Source of the DNA: Mobula hypostoma
Lineage: Eukaryota
DNA: 64,000 bases
Reading direction: 5' to 3'
Assembly (NCBI RefSeq): GCF_963921235.1
Contig: NC_086097.1
Span: forward strand, 233,494,001 to 233,558,000
Part shown: piece by piece, positions 12,920 to 26,734 of the stretch
How positions within the stretch are numbered: position 1 is the stretch's first letter
How the letters are laid out: each line of letters begins with the position of its first letter
The notes under the pieces: model-generated
The model's input: only the letters and a program-made list of their open reading frames with translations
Told to the model about the DNA's origin: nothing
The model's database searches: none
Made by a program: the position numbers and the translations under genes

Positions 12920-13515
12920 ATCAAGAAAATGAGATGAAGAGTCCTTGGAAGTGAGTCCATAGGTTGTGGGAACATTTCAATGATGCGGCAAGTGAAGTTG
13001 AGTGAATTATTCCCTTTGGTTCAGGAGCCTGATGATTGAGGGGTAATATTTGATCCTGAACCTGGTGGAATGAGTCCTGCAACTCTTGTACCTTCGTTCT
13101 GAATATAGCAATGAGAAGAGAGAATGAATTGGGTGGTAGTGATACCTGATGATAGATGCTGCTTTCCTGCAACAATGTACCGTGTAGATATGCTCAGTGG
13201 TGGAGAGAGCTTTACTCATGATGGACTGGGCTGCATCCATTACTTTTTGCAGGATTTTGCATTCAAGGGTACTGGTGTTTCTCTACCAGGCTTTGAATAA
13301 AGCTGCCGGTCCATACGCTCTCTGTTACACATCCATTGAAGTTTGTCAAACGTTTTAGATGTTATACTGAATTTTTGCAAACTCCTAAGGAAGTAGAGGA
13401 GCTGCTATATTTTCTTTATAATTGCACTTGCATGTTGGGCCCAAGACAGGTCCTCTGAAATGATAAAATGATATATATGTACTTAGATAATAATTTTCCT
13501 TTAAACTTTGAGTAT
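12920..13515 (-). mobile_element. Degenerate Rex1/Babar-like LINE fragment
   Basis: AAQSIMSKAL..CCRKAASII..LFSLLYSERRYKS..TRFRIKYYPSIIRLLN. Confidence 0.7.
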
Positions 13516-13844
13516 GAGAGACATTTAATGTCCTTAACAGATCGTAGGGTTGAAAAGCCAAGGATGGGGAAGGGTGGAATTTAACCTACTCTGAAAGCAT
13601 TTTTTCAGGCAGGGTCTGCGAGCGTTGATCGTCTTATCAATTAGCAGTTGACTTTATGGAGCAAGATTGTATCAATCAGCTGCTGCAAGAAACAAGAAGC
13701 TTCAGGATCAGGTAACAAGTGTGCTCAGATTGATTCACTATCCAGCAAAAGATGTGGGCCAGTGGATTTCTTGAAAGTCTAATGGAACAGATATTCAGAT
13801 ATGGACCATGCCTCAGGTTATTTATTTAGAGATGCAACTTGGTA

Positions 13845-14050
13845 AAAGGCTCTTCCAGCCCAATGAACCGATGCCACCCAATTATGTCCATGTGATCAAT
13901 TAATCCACTAACCTGCCTGTCTTTGAAATGTGGGTAGAAAGCAAAGCACCCAGAGGAAACCCATGCAGTCACAGGGAAAATCTACAAACTTCTTACAAAC
14001 AACGTCGGGAATTGAACCCGGGTCACTGGCTAACTGTTACACTACTTTGC
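13845..14050 (-). mobile_element. V-domain type SINE
   Basis: Similar to 8025-8270 (AGCACCCAGAGGAAACCCATGCAGTCACAGGG..GGAATTGAACCCGGG). Confidence 0.65.
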
Positions 14051-14141
14051 CCCTGCAGACGATATGTTAAACAAAGCGTTCATCCTGAATTTGAACCCAG
14101 AGTTCTTCAAATGCTCAGCATTTTACTCCCAAAGCAAGAAT

Positions 14142-16212
14142 CATAGAAACATAGAAAATAGGTGCAGGAGTAGGCCATTCGGCCCTTCGAGCCTGCACCA
14201 CCATTTATTATGATCATGGCTGATCATCCAACTCAGAACCCCGCCCCAGCCTTCCCTCCATACCCCCTGACCCCCGTAGCCACAAGGGCCATATCTAACT
14301 CCCTCTTAAACATAGCCAATGAACTGGCCTCAACTATTTCCTGTGGCAGAGAATTCCACAGATTCACCACTCTCTGTGTGAAGAAGTTTTTCCTCATCTC
14401 GGTCCTAAAAGGCTTCCCCTCTATCCTCAAACGGTGGCCCCTCGTTCTGGACTTCCCCAACATCGGGAACAATCTTCCTGCATCTAGCCTGTCCAATCCC
14501 TTTAGGATCTTATACGTTTCAATCAGATCCCCCCTCAATCTTCTAAATTCCAATGAGTACAAGCCCAGTTCATCCAGTCTTTCTTCATATGAAAGTCCTG
14601 CCATCCCAGGAATCAATCTGGTGAACCTTCTTTGTACTCCCTCTATGGCAAAGATGTCTTTCCTCAGATTAGGGGACCAAAACTGCACACAATACTCCAG
14701 GTGTGGTCTCACCAATGCCTTGTACAACTGCAGTAGTACCTCCCTGCTCCTGTACTCGAATCCTCTCGCTATAAATGCCAGCATACCATTTGCCTTTTTC
14801 ACTGCCTGCTGTACCTGCATGCCCACTTTCAATGGCTGGTGTATAATGACACCCAGGTCTCGTTGCACCTCCCCTTTTCCTAATCGGCCACCATTCAGAT
14901 AATAATCTGTTTTCCTAATTTTGCCACCAAAGTGGATAACTTCACATTTATCCACATTAAATTGCATCTGCCATGAATTTGCCCACTCACCCAACCTATC
15001 CAAGTCACCCTGCATCCTCTTAGCATCCTCCTCACTGCTAACACTGCCACCCAGCTTCGTGTCATCCGCAAACTTGGAGATGCTGCATTTAATTCCCTCA
15101 TCCAAGTCATTAATATATATTGTAAACAACTGAGGTCCCAGCACTGAGCCTTGCGGTACCCCACTAGTCACCGCCTGCCATTCTGAAAAGGTCCCGTTTA
15201 TTCCCACTCTTTGCTTCCTGTCTGCTAACCAATTCTCCACCCACACCAATACCTTACCCCCAATACCGTGTGCTTTAAGTTTGCATACTAATCTCCTGTG
15301 TGGGACCTTGTCAAAAGCCTTTTGAAAATCCAAATATACCACATCCACTGGTTCTCCCCTATCCACTCTACTAGTTACATCCTCAAAAAATTCTATGAGA
15401 TTCGTCAGACATGATTTTCCTTTCACAAATCCATGCTGACTTTGTCCGATCATTTCACCGCTTTCCAAATGTGCTGTTATCACATCCTTGATAACTGACT
15501 CCAGCAGTTTCCCCACCACCGACGTTAGGCTAACCGGTCTATAACTCCCCGGTTTCTCTCTCCCTCCATTTTTTAAAAAGTGGGGTTACATTAGCCACCC
15601 TCCAATCCTCAGGAACTAGCCCAGAATCTAACGAGTTTTGAAAAATTATCACTAATGCATCCAGTATTTCTTGGGCTGCTTCCTTAAGCACTCTAGGATG
15701 CAGACCATCTGGCCCTGGGGATTTATCTGCCTTCAATCCCTTCAATTTACCTAACACCACTTCCCTACTAACATGTATTTCGCTCAGTTCCTCCATCTCA
15801 CTGGACCCTCTGTCCCTTACTATTTCTGGAAGATTATTTATGTCCTCCTTAGTGAAGACAGAACCAAAGTAATTATTCAATTGGTCTGCCATGTCCTTGC
15901 TCCCCATAATCAATTCACCTGTTTCTGTCTGCAGGGGACCTACATTTGTCTTTACCAGTCTTTTCCTTTTTACATATCTATAAAAGCTTTTACAGTCCGT
16001 TTTTATGTTCCCTGCCAGTTTTCTCTCATAATCTTTTTCCCCTTCCTAATTAAGCCCTTTGTCCTCCTCTGCTGAACACTGAATTTCTCCCAGTCCTCAG
16101 GTGAGCCACTTTCTCTGGCTAATTTATATGCTTCTTCTTTGGAATTGATACTATCCCTAATTTCTCTTGTCAGCCACGGGTGCACTACCTTCCTTGATTT
16201 ATTCTTTTGCCA
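14142..16212 (-). mobile_element. Young 5'-truncated CR1 LINE (ORF2 RT region)
   Basis: 428-aa ORF 14233-15519 ([34 protein letters not shown]). Upstream pieces 15539-15913 and 16003-16185 are separated by frameshifts. (CATAGAAA)n tail on the + strand. Confidence 0.96.
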
Positions 16213-16719
16213 TACCCCTATACCAACAAGCCACTTACCATCATCACTGAGAAAAAGGCTGCTGGTGTCAGATTGTCAATGGAAGGCAAAGCTGAGCAGC
16301 TTTGTGCCTGGTAGATCTGGTTTAAACTGCACAATCTAGACTTGGGAGACTGCTGCCTAGCCTGTTGATTGACAAGGATGCTGAATACCAAGATCGATAA
16401 AGAAGGCAGGGCAGTTATGCTTCACAGAGCCTCTGCTACTCTCCAGAGAGATAATTAACTTTTTGCAGGGCTGTCTGTAAGTCTTCAGGGTTTGACTTCT
16501 TCTACTAATTTCCTTGGCTGTCTACTTTCGATGAACAATTGTCTGATGGGCCTAAATGGGACATCTTTGCTATATTCACCCCAACCCCAATGCTCCAATG
16601 CAGTGTCTGCAATCTTCTGAGCCCAAACGTGGACAACTTTAATATTTCCTGGATGGAATTTACTTATGGACTGATCATTACCAGTTAACTTTTTAATATA
16701 CCATTGTAAATTTGGGTGG

Positions 16720-17470
16720 CAGAGTGGAGACAAGCCTTTACTAAAGGACATGGAAGGCGCTCCTTCCCTCTACTAGCCTACAGGACACCTTTGAACAAGG
16801 TGTTACATTTTGTAACTTCAAAACATTAAACTAATCAGAGTGAGCAAGCGATTGAAGAGCAGGTGTCCTGCCGAAGGGTCTTGGCCCGAAACGTCGACTA
16901 TACTATTTTCTGTAGATGCTGCCTGGCCTGCTGAGTTCCTCCAGCATTTTGTGTGTGGAAACTGATTCAAAGGAAGACATTGGAGTCTGAAATGTAGGTC
17001 TAACTTTGAGTTTACTTTAAGCGAGGACCGCATTACCAAATGGTAGCATAATGACGTATGCAATTAATGTATTTTTATATATAACCCGTAATGAATTATT
17101 TAAACAAACAAGAATGTTTAATCAAGCAATATGCAGTGTATATACGATTACTCAAAGATTATTGAAATATTAAATACACAGCATTCCATAAAACATAACA
17201 CAAGGTGCAGCACCTGTTAGGACCCCGATCAGGGTCACATGAAGTCATTGGAGCAGGAGGCGGATGGTCACATGAGTAGCTGGTGCATATCATAAGTCCT
17301 GGTTATGTGACCTCTGACTCCAGGCAGACAATCCTTGAAGAGTTTTGATAATGGCTTGTGAAGACACTATCCTGAAGAAGGCAATGACAATTGACTTCTG
17401 TAGAAAAATTTGCCATGACCAATCATAGTCATGGAAAGACTATGATCCCCACAACACATAATGAACAAAC
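16720..17470. mobile_element. Interspersed repeat of uncertain family, split by a solo LTR
   Basis: Sequence before 16801 continues after 17200 (..GAACAAGG|TGCAGCACCTG..). Confidence 0.4.
16801..17200 (-). mobile_element. Solo LTR of the Gypsy family seen at 28370-36343, with a nested Penelope tail (16864-16960)
   Basis: TGTTA...TAACA termini; CAAGG on both sides (16796-16800 and 17201-17205); reverse complement aligns by eye with 36115-36343. Confidence 0.8.
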
Positions 17471-18644
17471 AATTATAAACTTACATAAGATATAACAGGA
17501 TGCGTAGTGTGTTAAAGTTATTTCAAAGTAATCTATTTGGAATTGTCTGATGTTGCTTGATGGATTCTTTCTGTGCCATTAACTTGCTGCTTACTATTCA
17601 ATGTTTGAGAAACTTAATATCTAACACGGATTGGCACTATTAATCTTTAGCACAATATATAGTCGGTCCTGATTTACAATTTGAAAGAACAACTCAATCA
17701 AGATATATTCTCATGACAAACAATTTGCAAGATTCTAACTCCAAATAATCATATTCAGTTTCCTGAGAAGTATAATTACAAGGACAACTCTTTTTGATAG
17801 AGATTATATGCTGCATGAGAGTAGCAAACATTTAGGGTATAAGCATCGTTGTCATGTGTATGTGAACGAATCAACTGACTGAGATTAAGAAAATATTCTG
17901 ATAAAAGAAACAATTTCTCATTTTATTCCTGATTCATTATTCAAGCCTTTCTTGTAGGAGTTCCCAACCTGGGGTCCAAGGGACTTCTCGGTTAATGACA
18001 GGTGTCCATGGCATTAAAATGTTTGGGAATCTATTACGATGAATGGCAATGCAAGGTTGTCAAAGATTATCTGCCAACCTTGTACTACCGTGGCCTCAGA
18101 ATTGTAGTTGCTGACTTCACTGTAGCATCTTCATTTGTGACTAGTGACAAGAATGCTTTATTTTGAGACAGGCTTGTACTGTGAAATTATTGGTCGATTA
18201 ACTTAAAACTGACAGAATAATTTAATTTAGTTCCCTTAATGACTCTCAGGATTGTCTATTCCATTGCCTGGATTTAATTTAAATCTGGAACAGATATGAT
18301 GGCATAATATTAAAGTAGTGTCACTCAAAATGCCCAGGAGTAATGTTGGATCTCAGTCCAAATAATGGATGTTTTGAAATGTGTTATTGTGATAATCAAA
18401 CTACATTGCAAATCAAACTTTTAAATTACATTTTAGGATTTGCATAGGATTACAACGTATTTTAGGCATTCAAATAGATAATTATCTCAATGAGTTCATT
18501 TTGGTGTTTATACTCTACATGATGCTTCTTAATCCATTCAATTCTAATATGAAACTGTAACAGATAATAAAAAGAGAAATTGTTGGAAATACCCAGCAGG
18601 TCAGGCAGGGTCTATGGAAAGTTAAGTCGAATGGCTGTTAGGAT

Positions 18645-18920
18645 CTAAATCAGAATCAGGTTTAATATCACACCATATATTGTGATACTTGTTCAGTGGC
18701 AGCAGTACATTACAATGCATAATAATAAAAAAACTATAAATTACAATTCAAAATATATATTTTAAAATGGATTAAATATGTAGTGCAAAAAGTGATCAAA
18801 CAAAGAGAACAGTGATGTAGCTTACATGGGTTCATTGTCCATTCATAAATCTGATAAGGAAGGGAAGAGGCTGTTTGTATGATATTGAGTGTGCATCTTC
18901 AGGCTTCTGTATGTCCTCAT
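18645..18920 (-). mobile_element. Rex1/Babar-like 3' UTR fragment
   Basis: (AATCAG)n tail and similarity to 40625-40935. Confidence 0.6.
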
Positions 18921-18954
18921 TGTAGGTTTTTGCAAATAAGGTGACATGAGGCAT

Positions 18955-20660
18955 GACACAGCAGCCCAGAGTCTGATATGAATTGGAGACCGCGGTCAGA
19001 GGAGATATCAGATGGGGTGTCAAACTGAGAAACACAGGTGCTGGTGAACACCTGAGCTACGTCTGTGGCTGTTGTTGCTACTAGAGGGACGACTTCCAGA
19101 CATCTGGTGGTATGGCCCACCATGGTAAGGAGGTGTCTGGAACCACAGGATGGAGGGATGAGAGCCAACAAGGTCTACATGGTGAAACCATCGGTCAGGA
19201 AACTCAGGGACCTCAAAAGGTGCCAATGGCATCTGGAGAAGACGGTTAATTTTCGCCCGCTGGCACACCACACAGGCTGCAGTCCAATCACACATGTCCT
19301 TTCTAAGGCTATGACACACAAACTTTAGTGCAACCACTTTCTGTGAGACCTTGCCCCTCCAGTTTGCAGGCACTATGGCTGAGGGTGACCTGTGGAGGCA
19401 TCACTCAGATGGAAAGCCCAGAGAGTTTTGGTCAAGGGGTGCTGTGAAACAGCGACCCACTAGAAGGAAACAAAACTGGTGGGCAGTCAGGTAGAGACCG
19501 AGAAGCTCATGGTCAAACATGCTGTACTTCCTTTCAGGGGACGGAGCTGCCGGCTGCAAGAAGGCAAGTAGTTGCCACGTGCCTCTGACAAACTGTTCAT
19601 GCACAGCATAGTCTGAAGTGTCAGTAGTAATGGTAATAGGTACCATTACCTATTGATGCACCAATAGGCTTGCATTGAAAAGAGCTCGTTTAGTGTCATC
19701 AAATGCCCCGGACATGTCCACTGACCAGTCAAGCACGTGATTAGGGGCATTGCCTGTAAGTGCACTGTAGGAGAGGAGCATATGTTCACCAGCTCACAGG
19801 ATGAAGTAGTGATAGAAATTCACCATACCTAAAAACTCTTGATGCTTTCTTGTAGTGTTTGGTGGTGGAAAATCGATAATAGCGGCTACTTTTGATGGGA
19901 GGGGTTTTTCACCTTCTGTGAAGATGCGATGACAACGTAAACTGGCATTTGGCAGGGTTAATAATCAACCTGTGTTGGCGTGAGTGCTCGAAAAGTGTGT
20001 GGAAATGAGATATATCTTTGGATTTGGATGCATTGGAGATAAGGTATGTCATTCTGGTAAAGAAAAAGAAAACCCAAATCTTTTAAAACAGAATTCATTG
20101 GCCGTTGGAAAGTCTATGCTGCATTTTTCAGCTCAGATGGCATGTGCAGAAACTCAAAGAGGCCAAATGGGGTTATTGCAGCCATTTTGGGAATGTTCTC
20201 CAAGCACACAGGCATCTTATGGTAGCCCCTAATTCATTTGATTTTTGAAAATAATAACTTTTTCGGCTAAATAATCCAAAAAGTCTTGGGTATGTGGGAC
20301 AGGGTAACGATCAGGGTGGTGACCTCGTTAAGGTGTCTGTGATCGCCACATAGGCTGCAACCACCATCAGACTCAGGGTCTGTATGGAAGGGCGAATCCC
20401 TGGGGCTATTTGACCAGCAGACGATGCCAAGTCTTTCAATGTTGGCAAATTCAGCCTTCACTGTTGCTAACTTTTCTGGGTCCAGTCTACACGCATGAGC
20501 ATGGACTGGTGGTCCTGTTATGAAAATATGGTGTGTGACATATTTTGTGACTGTTGTGGAGAATATGGCCTTGGTGTGGTTTGGGAATTTGTCCAACAAT
20601 CAAGTAAACTCACATGCGGTGTTGCAAGGTAAGTGCAGACAAAGGTGCCACAAATCACAA
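18955..20660 (-). mobile_element. Degenerate Gypsy-type pol fragment (RT, RNase H, integrase)
   Basis: THHIFITGPPVHAHACRLDPEKLATVKAEF (RT start); TTDTSDYAV..WQLLAF..ERKYSMFDHELLGLY (RNase H); WTAACVVCQRAK, HHVDLVG, TPSDISSDRGLQFIS (integrase). Confidence 0.85.
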
Positions 20661-20889
20661 GAAGAGACCCTATGGACTGTCAATTCTTTGATATCTAAGG
20701 AGAGTACTGGTTTTGCTCACTTGTCTGCTACTAGACATAAGCGCAAACTGATTTTCTTGTAACTCAGAGTTCCACACATGTGGACGCTTCATGTTATCAT
20801 GAAAAGATAAAATATTTGCCACTTGAAGTCTGGTATTGAGCTTTATTTTAAAATTCCCTGACGTCGGCTAATTTCCATTCCATAATCTC

Positions 20890-21385
20890 ATATATGCCAC
20901 GAAGCGCTCTTGCAAATTTCTATAAATGTCCCATGGAGGGCATTCTGACCGGCTGCATCATCACTTGGTGTGGAGGTTCCAATGCAAAAGATGAGAAAAG
21001 TCTGCAGGGGCTTGTGGATTCAGCCAGTTCCATCCTGGGCATAAGCCTACCCACCAGTGAGGACTTCCTCAAGAGATGGCACTCCAAGAAGTTGGCAGCC
21101 GCCATTTAGGACCCTCATCATCAGAGACATGCCCTACCAACAGGCAGCAGGTACAGGAGCCTGAAGACCCAATCTCTGCAGTTTGGGAACGGCTTCTTCT
21201 CTCTCCCATAAAATTTCCGAACATTTCATTAACCCATGAATATTAGCTTGCTGCTACTCTTTTGCAGAATTTATTTATCTATTTATTGTAACATAGTGCT
21301 TTGTATGTCTTACACCGTAATGTTGCCACAAAACAATAAATTTCACCACATTTGTCAATGCTAATAAACCCGATTCTGATTCTCA
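20890..21385 (+). mobile_element. Rex1/Babar-like LINE 3' fragment
   Basis: LANFYKCPMEGILTGCIITW; AATAAA followed by GATTCTGATTCT. Confidence 0.75.
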
Positions 21386-22859
21386 CATCTGCGAGTTTAC
21401 AACAGGTGCTTCAGCGCCAATTTGCAGAGAACTAAACCTTGTGCTTTAAACATCAAAGCTCTGGAGCTCTCTTCCAAATAGAACTGTGTGGGAATTTTTA
21501 TGATACCAACCACCGTAGTTCAAAGAAAAGGCAATTGCTACTAAGCTATCAAGATTGGCGTCATGATCAATGACCACATCTGGGAATGCCTCCCACAGCT
21601 TTCACCGTCAGACCTTTATTCTGGAATATCAGTATGAGTTAAGCCTTGAAACAATCAGAATTGTTATGTGAATTACTCAAAACAACTATACTATAACTAG
21701 CAAGCTGAATATTGAAGTCGCTTCAGCTTCACATCAAATGCTGCACCTGCAGTATTTTCCTGCCGCTATCTTAAGAATGTTCATCTGTGTTTAGGTAATA
21801 TTTAAAAAATAATAAATGTAAAGATGAAAGGTTAGCTTTATTTTTCACATGTTCATCAACACATTGAACCATACAGAGAAATGTGACTTTTGCATCAAAT
21901 CAGAACAGTGAAGACTGTGCTGGTTACAGACCACAAACGTTGCTTTTACAGCAACAAGATAGTGTGCCCACAACTTACTAATCCGAACCCTAACTGTACA
22001 GCATTGGAACGCGGGAGGAAACTGGTATACCAAGAGGAAGCCCATGTGGTCACAAGGAGAATGTACAAAATCCTTGCAGACAGAGGCGTGAATTGAACTG
22101 ACATTGGTGGTTGCTAGTGCTGTGAAGTGAAAATCATGGATGTATCATACGTATTTCTATGACCAGATAATTTATATCTCTAATGTATTCAATTGCTCAT
22201 TTACAATGCTGCAGATTTCCCTAGGTCATGGACCAGTACCATTCCTTACATATGCAGCATGTTCCTGCATGAATTCACAGAGCATCATCTTTCAGTCTCG
22301 TTCACTATTCACTGTAATTAGTCTAATTTTCATTAAAAAGAATGATGGTCTAGCCTTTAAATCAGCTATAATCCAGATAACATTACAATATTAAATTAAT
22401 CTTATCCTTACCTCAAGACTTTGTTAATGAAAAGAAAACTTTTGGAAGAAATATTGTGTGTACCAAGGGCACAGAATGTATTCTAGGAGAGAATAATATC
22501 TACCATTAAAAGGTGTTCAAAATACACCACCAATAATCAAGCTGGTGGGTTCTGAAAGACATACCTATGGGTATGAGTGTATGGCAATTGGCACTGCCTT
22601 TGGATGGCAAGAAGACTCTTTTTGGAGATAGTCATTGCCTGAATCATATCGTGTAACTGAGTGGTTGTGAAAACATATGTGGATTGTGGATTGTGATAAC
22701 CGCAGGATGGCACCAGCATACATCAACGACTCTGTACCAGTTTTCCTCTTAAATATACTCCTTTTGGAGCTAAGCATGCCCCCAGAAAAAGAATCTCATT
22801 GTTGTATGTGATGACGTGTATGTACTCTGATAATAAATTTTCTTTTGAACTTTGAACGC

Positions 22860-23590
22860 TACTTGCCTCTCAACAGAACAAGCTGGAGAGACACTGAAGC
22901 TAATGATATAGAAGTCTTTATTCATTGCAACTAGCAGGCATTCTTCTGGAATTTCTCTCAGAAGAGTCCTCCAAACTCTAAGTACATCTCATTTTTATAT
23001 GCTTAATATCAAAGGTAACAAGTGATTCAATACATTTTCAATAGTTACAATGACTTTGTTTACTTCAATATTTTGGGTTGACAATACTTCCTTTGAATTA
23101 TATACTACAGTGGGACATTGTGTTGAAACACCTGTGCTGGAACAAATCAATTAGCACAGATCATCTAACAGCTTCTGGAAACAGAGATCGCAGACACTCA
23201 AAATTACTGTTGACAGAGCTGACTCTGAGTACACAACTATCCCAACTATTGATTGATCAACTATACCTGTGACACTGTTTGATGTGCTAAGTGACAACAT
23301 GAGACTGGTCTGCTAGCTTGCTTTAACTCAATAACAATGGTGCGTAATAACTTACCCCATGTTGCCTGGTTTCATGTAGGTCAATTAACATAACCCCCTG
23401 CCTAATGTTTGACTGATGCAGATGAGAACGTCTCATGGTCTCTTCACTTGGCAAAACATATCTCTTAGCAGCCAACCACCTGCTGTGGGCAAGCTGTTCA
23501 TTTGCAAAGTCCTTTTAACTTCAAACTGATTACTGCTTGTAATTTAAACTAAGAATTGAAGACTAATTCTCACTTCAATTAATATCTTCT
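22860..23590 (-). mobile_element. Possible solo LTR
   Basis: On the minus strand a TATA-like motif (about 22993) precedes AATAAA (about 22917). Termini and TSD not established. Confidence 0.25.
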
Positions 23591-24540
23591 ATATTGACAT
23601 AATTACATAACTCCAGGATAATCTTAACAAACAGCACCAAATAATCCTGTGACTACAACTGGATAGAAAGATCAGGGAATTACGTACAGGAAACAATTGT
23701 CTCTAAGTTGTTCTCAATGTCACACACCATCCTGATTTGGAAATATATTTACATTTTGTTTTGTCACGGTCTCAGAATTCTGTTACTCCCAACCTAAGCA
23801 CTTCAGGAGATTACTCAACTGGATATCTGCAAGAATTCATGTGGACAACTGAAATGAGAATTAAGTTAATATTTCAAATTCAAATTCAAGTTTATCATTA
23901 TCTGGCTGAACATATATACAAACAAATAAAACAACGTCCCTCTGTACCCACAATAAATATATCATACAAAGCACATAAAACAAACTATTACCACAAATAA
24001 ATTAATAAAATACAATTCAAAATGCATTTCTAGTGTGTAGTACAGTAAACAGTAAATAGCCTGGTGTCCTAGTTGTGAGACTTCTGTGGTCGCACGTTAT
24101 TCATTAGCCTTACAACCTAGGGGAAGTAACTTTATCTAGTCTGGCAGTCTTAGTCTAGACGTTCCTGTAACTCTTTCCTGATAGTAGTTGGTCAAAGAGA
24201 TTCTAGGGTAGGTGCTAGGGATCCTCAACAATCCTTTGGACCTTTTGTATACAAATTATTCACATTATTGGGGTATATGGAGTGTCAGGGAGGGGTAGCA
24301 CCTCTGGTGGGGGAACATGTCGTGACCTTTTCAAGGCGGTTAGTCCACCTTTTGGTCTCCACCTGGCACTCAGCTCTCACCTGTGGCTCCCCGTAGCTGT
24401 TTTAATGCGACAGTGGCCACACCCTGGGCAACGGCTTTGACAAGCTGGGTAAACCAGGTGAGGCTAGCCGCCGGGTCTCAAACCCTCGCTGAGGTAGGGA
24501 GTTGTCTATCCCAGCATGTGAAGACAGACTCTGGCGGAAT

Positions 24541-25799
24541 AATCACACCTCGGACTTTAACTACTGCACAGAGCCTCGTCATCTTCAGAAATTTTCAGAT
24601 GACTCTGCCATAGTTGGATGCATCAGCAAGAGAGATGAGGCTGAGTACAGGGCTATGGTAGGAAACTTTGTCACATGGTGTGAGCAGAATTATCTGCAGC
24701 TTAATGTGAAAAAGACTAAGGAGCTGAGGAGAGCTAATGTACCGGTGACCCCTGTTTCCATCCAGGGGGTCAGTGTGCACATGGTGGAGGATTACAAATA
24801 CCTGGGGATAGGAAATGACAATAAACTGGACTGGTCAAAGAACACTGAGGCTGTCTATAAGAAGGGTCAGAGCCGTCTCTATTTCCTGAGGAGACGGAGG
24901 TCCTTTAACATCTGCCGGACGATGCTGAGGATGTTCTAGGTATAAAAACAGGGATTAGAAATATATAAAAGTAAGTCATCAGCATAGAGTGATATTTTAT
25001 GGGACTTTAAGCCCCGAGTTATCCCAGTAATATTTGGAGATTCTCGAATGGCAATTGCAAGAGGTTCTAATGCAATATCAAATAATAAAGGACTAAGAGA
25101 GCAACCTTGTTGACTACCTCGAAAAAGAGGGAAAAAAGGTGAGCTTAAAGAGTTAGTACGGACCAAGGCCACAGGAGAATGATATAACAGTTTAATCCAG
25201 GATATAAATTTCGAGCTAAAATTAAACATTTCAAGCACCTTAAATAAATAAGGCCATTCTACTCTATCAAAAGCTTTCTCAGCATCTAAAGAGATAACAC
25301 ACTCAGGAACATTTTGTGAGGGAGTATAAACAATATTTAACAGTGTGCGAATATTATAAAAAGAGTAACGACCTTTAATAAAACCCGTTTGGTCTTCTGA
25401 AATAATAAAAGGAAGTACTTTTTCTAATCTATTTGCTAATAACTTAGAAAAAACTTTAGAATCAACATTTAATAAAGATATTGGTCTATAAGATGCACAT
25501 TGAGCAGGATCTTTATCCTTCTTTAATATTAGAGAGATTGACGCTCTATTGAAAGATTCAGGAAGGAAGTCATTCCTGTCTGTGGCCATCAAACTTTACA
25601 ACTCCTCCCTTGGAGGATCAGACACCCTGAGCCAATAGGCTGGTCCTGGACTTATTTCATAATTTACTGGCATAATTTACATATTACTATTTAACTATTA
25701 ATGGTTCTATTACTATTTATTATTTATGGTGCAACTGTAACAAAAACCGATTTCCCCCAGGATCAATAAAGTATGACTATGACTATGACTATGACTATG
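24541..25799 (+). mobile_element. Rex1/Babar-like LINE 3' part with (GACTAT)n tail, internally replaced by an L1 fragment
   Basis: LQKFSDDSAIVGCI..LQLNVKKTKEL..YKYLG..KKGQSRLYFLRR; AATAAA followed by GACTATGACTATGACTAT. Confidence 0.85.
24939..25565 (-). mobile_element. Internal L1-clade ORF2 reverse-transcriptase fragment
   Basis: LPESFNRASISLILKKDKDP..SYRPISLLNVDSK..DQTGFIKGR..SLDAEKAFDRVEW..QGCSLSPLLF..LYADDLLLY; about 208 codons without a stop. Confidence 0.92.
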
Positions 25800-26734
25800 A
25801 GACCAATGGAAGGTCCAACGGTCAAGAAGGCGGTCTCTGCAAGTGTCGTGGAACGTGGTAGAGCAGGACAAGACACAGAAGACGTCCTGGTCATCCACTG
25901 CGCCTAGTCCCATCTCCAACCGTCTCAACTCTGTCTTGCTACTGGATCCAGATGGGAATTGGGAAGAGAGAGTGGGGCTGACGTTGTGCAACTCTCCCTC
26001 ACTTTAATTCAAATCATGCGCTAGTCCCAACACCATCACAATAGTGTCAAGGTCCTCATTGACATCAACGATGGACGAACAATTCACATTATTAAAAAAA
26101 AACAAGTCAAAAAGTTCAAGAGTAGTTCGGTTTGTGGCTTATTAGCCACCTGTTGATGTATACTGATTGCCACCCAAAAATTTAGGTGAATTTTTTGGAA
26201 GGGTTCATCCAAACTCACGCAGTGCAGAAAGTTTTGTAAATGGCTGCATGCTTGGGTATATGGTTAAAAACTACATTATTATAAATTTCCACTAACCTTC
26301 TGACAAAGTTCTAGTGGGAATTCTGTCAAACTTTTCAGATTTTCCAATATCTCGATTGGCTTCACTCAGAATTCTGATTACAATCCTATTTTAAAATTTA
26401 CATATAGAAGTTCCACGTAATTAGTATCCTTCAGATTCACATTGATGACCGCCAAGGAAGGCCAGATAATAAAAGTTTTATCCATTTATTTATAAAGGTT
26501 ATAACTAAACATGTGAAAGTTATTTGCAAATAACTTTCTCATCCCGTGCGTACCCAGACATTAGCAATAGAGCTCGTCACTTCTATTCCAATTATTATAT
26601 GGACTGAAATAATTCAGATGATTATTTTATGCACTGTGAGCTATACTTGCTAGAAAAGTGCAAAAGGAAAAAAAAACAAATGTCAGTTTATTACTATCTT
26701 ACAAAACTTTAGGATGAACTGAAATAAAATTGGA

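Larger units (their letters stand above)
24270..26080 (+). mobile_element. GC-richer interspersed repeat interrupted by a Rex1/Babar-like LINE
   Basis: Composition shifts at 24270 and about 26080. The two halves flank the 24541-25799 insertion. Family not identified. Confidence 0.4.

Noticed and set aside
14210..14902. Repeated antisense or alternate-frame ORFs (MIMADHP.., MGYRKAQC.., MPPKWITS..)
   Set aside because: Shadow frames of the same CR1 subfamily; they recur only because the copies are nearly identical.
22412..22482. Minus-strand 71-nt candidate exon (ctctcctag..GAG|gtaagg)
   Set aside because: Splice signals are plausible, but its only open frame is phase-incompatible with direct splicing from the 34-nt candidate. 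Not supportable without transcripts.
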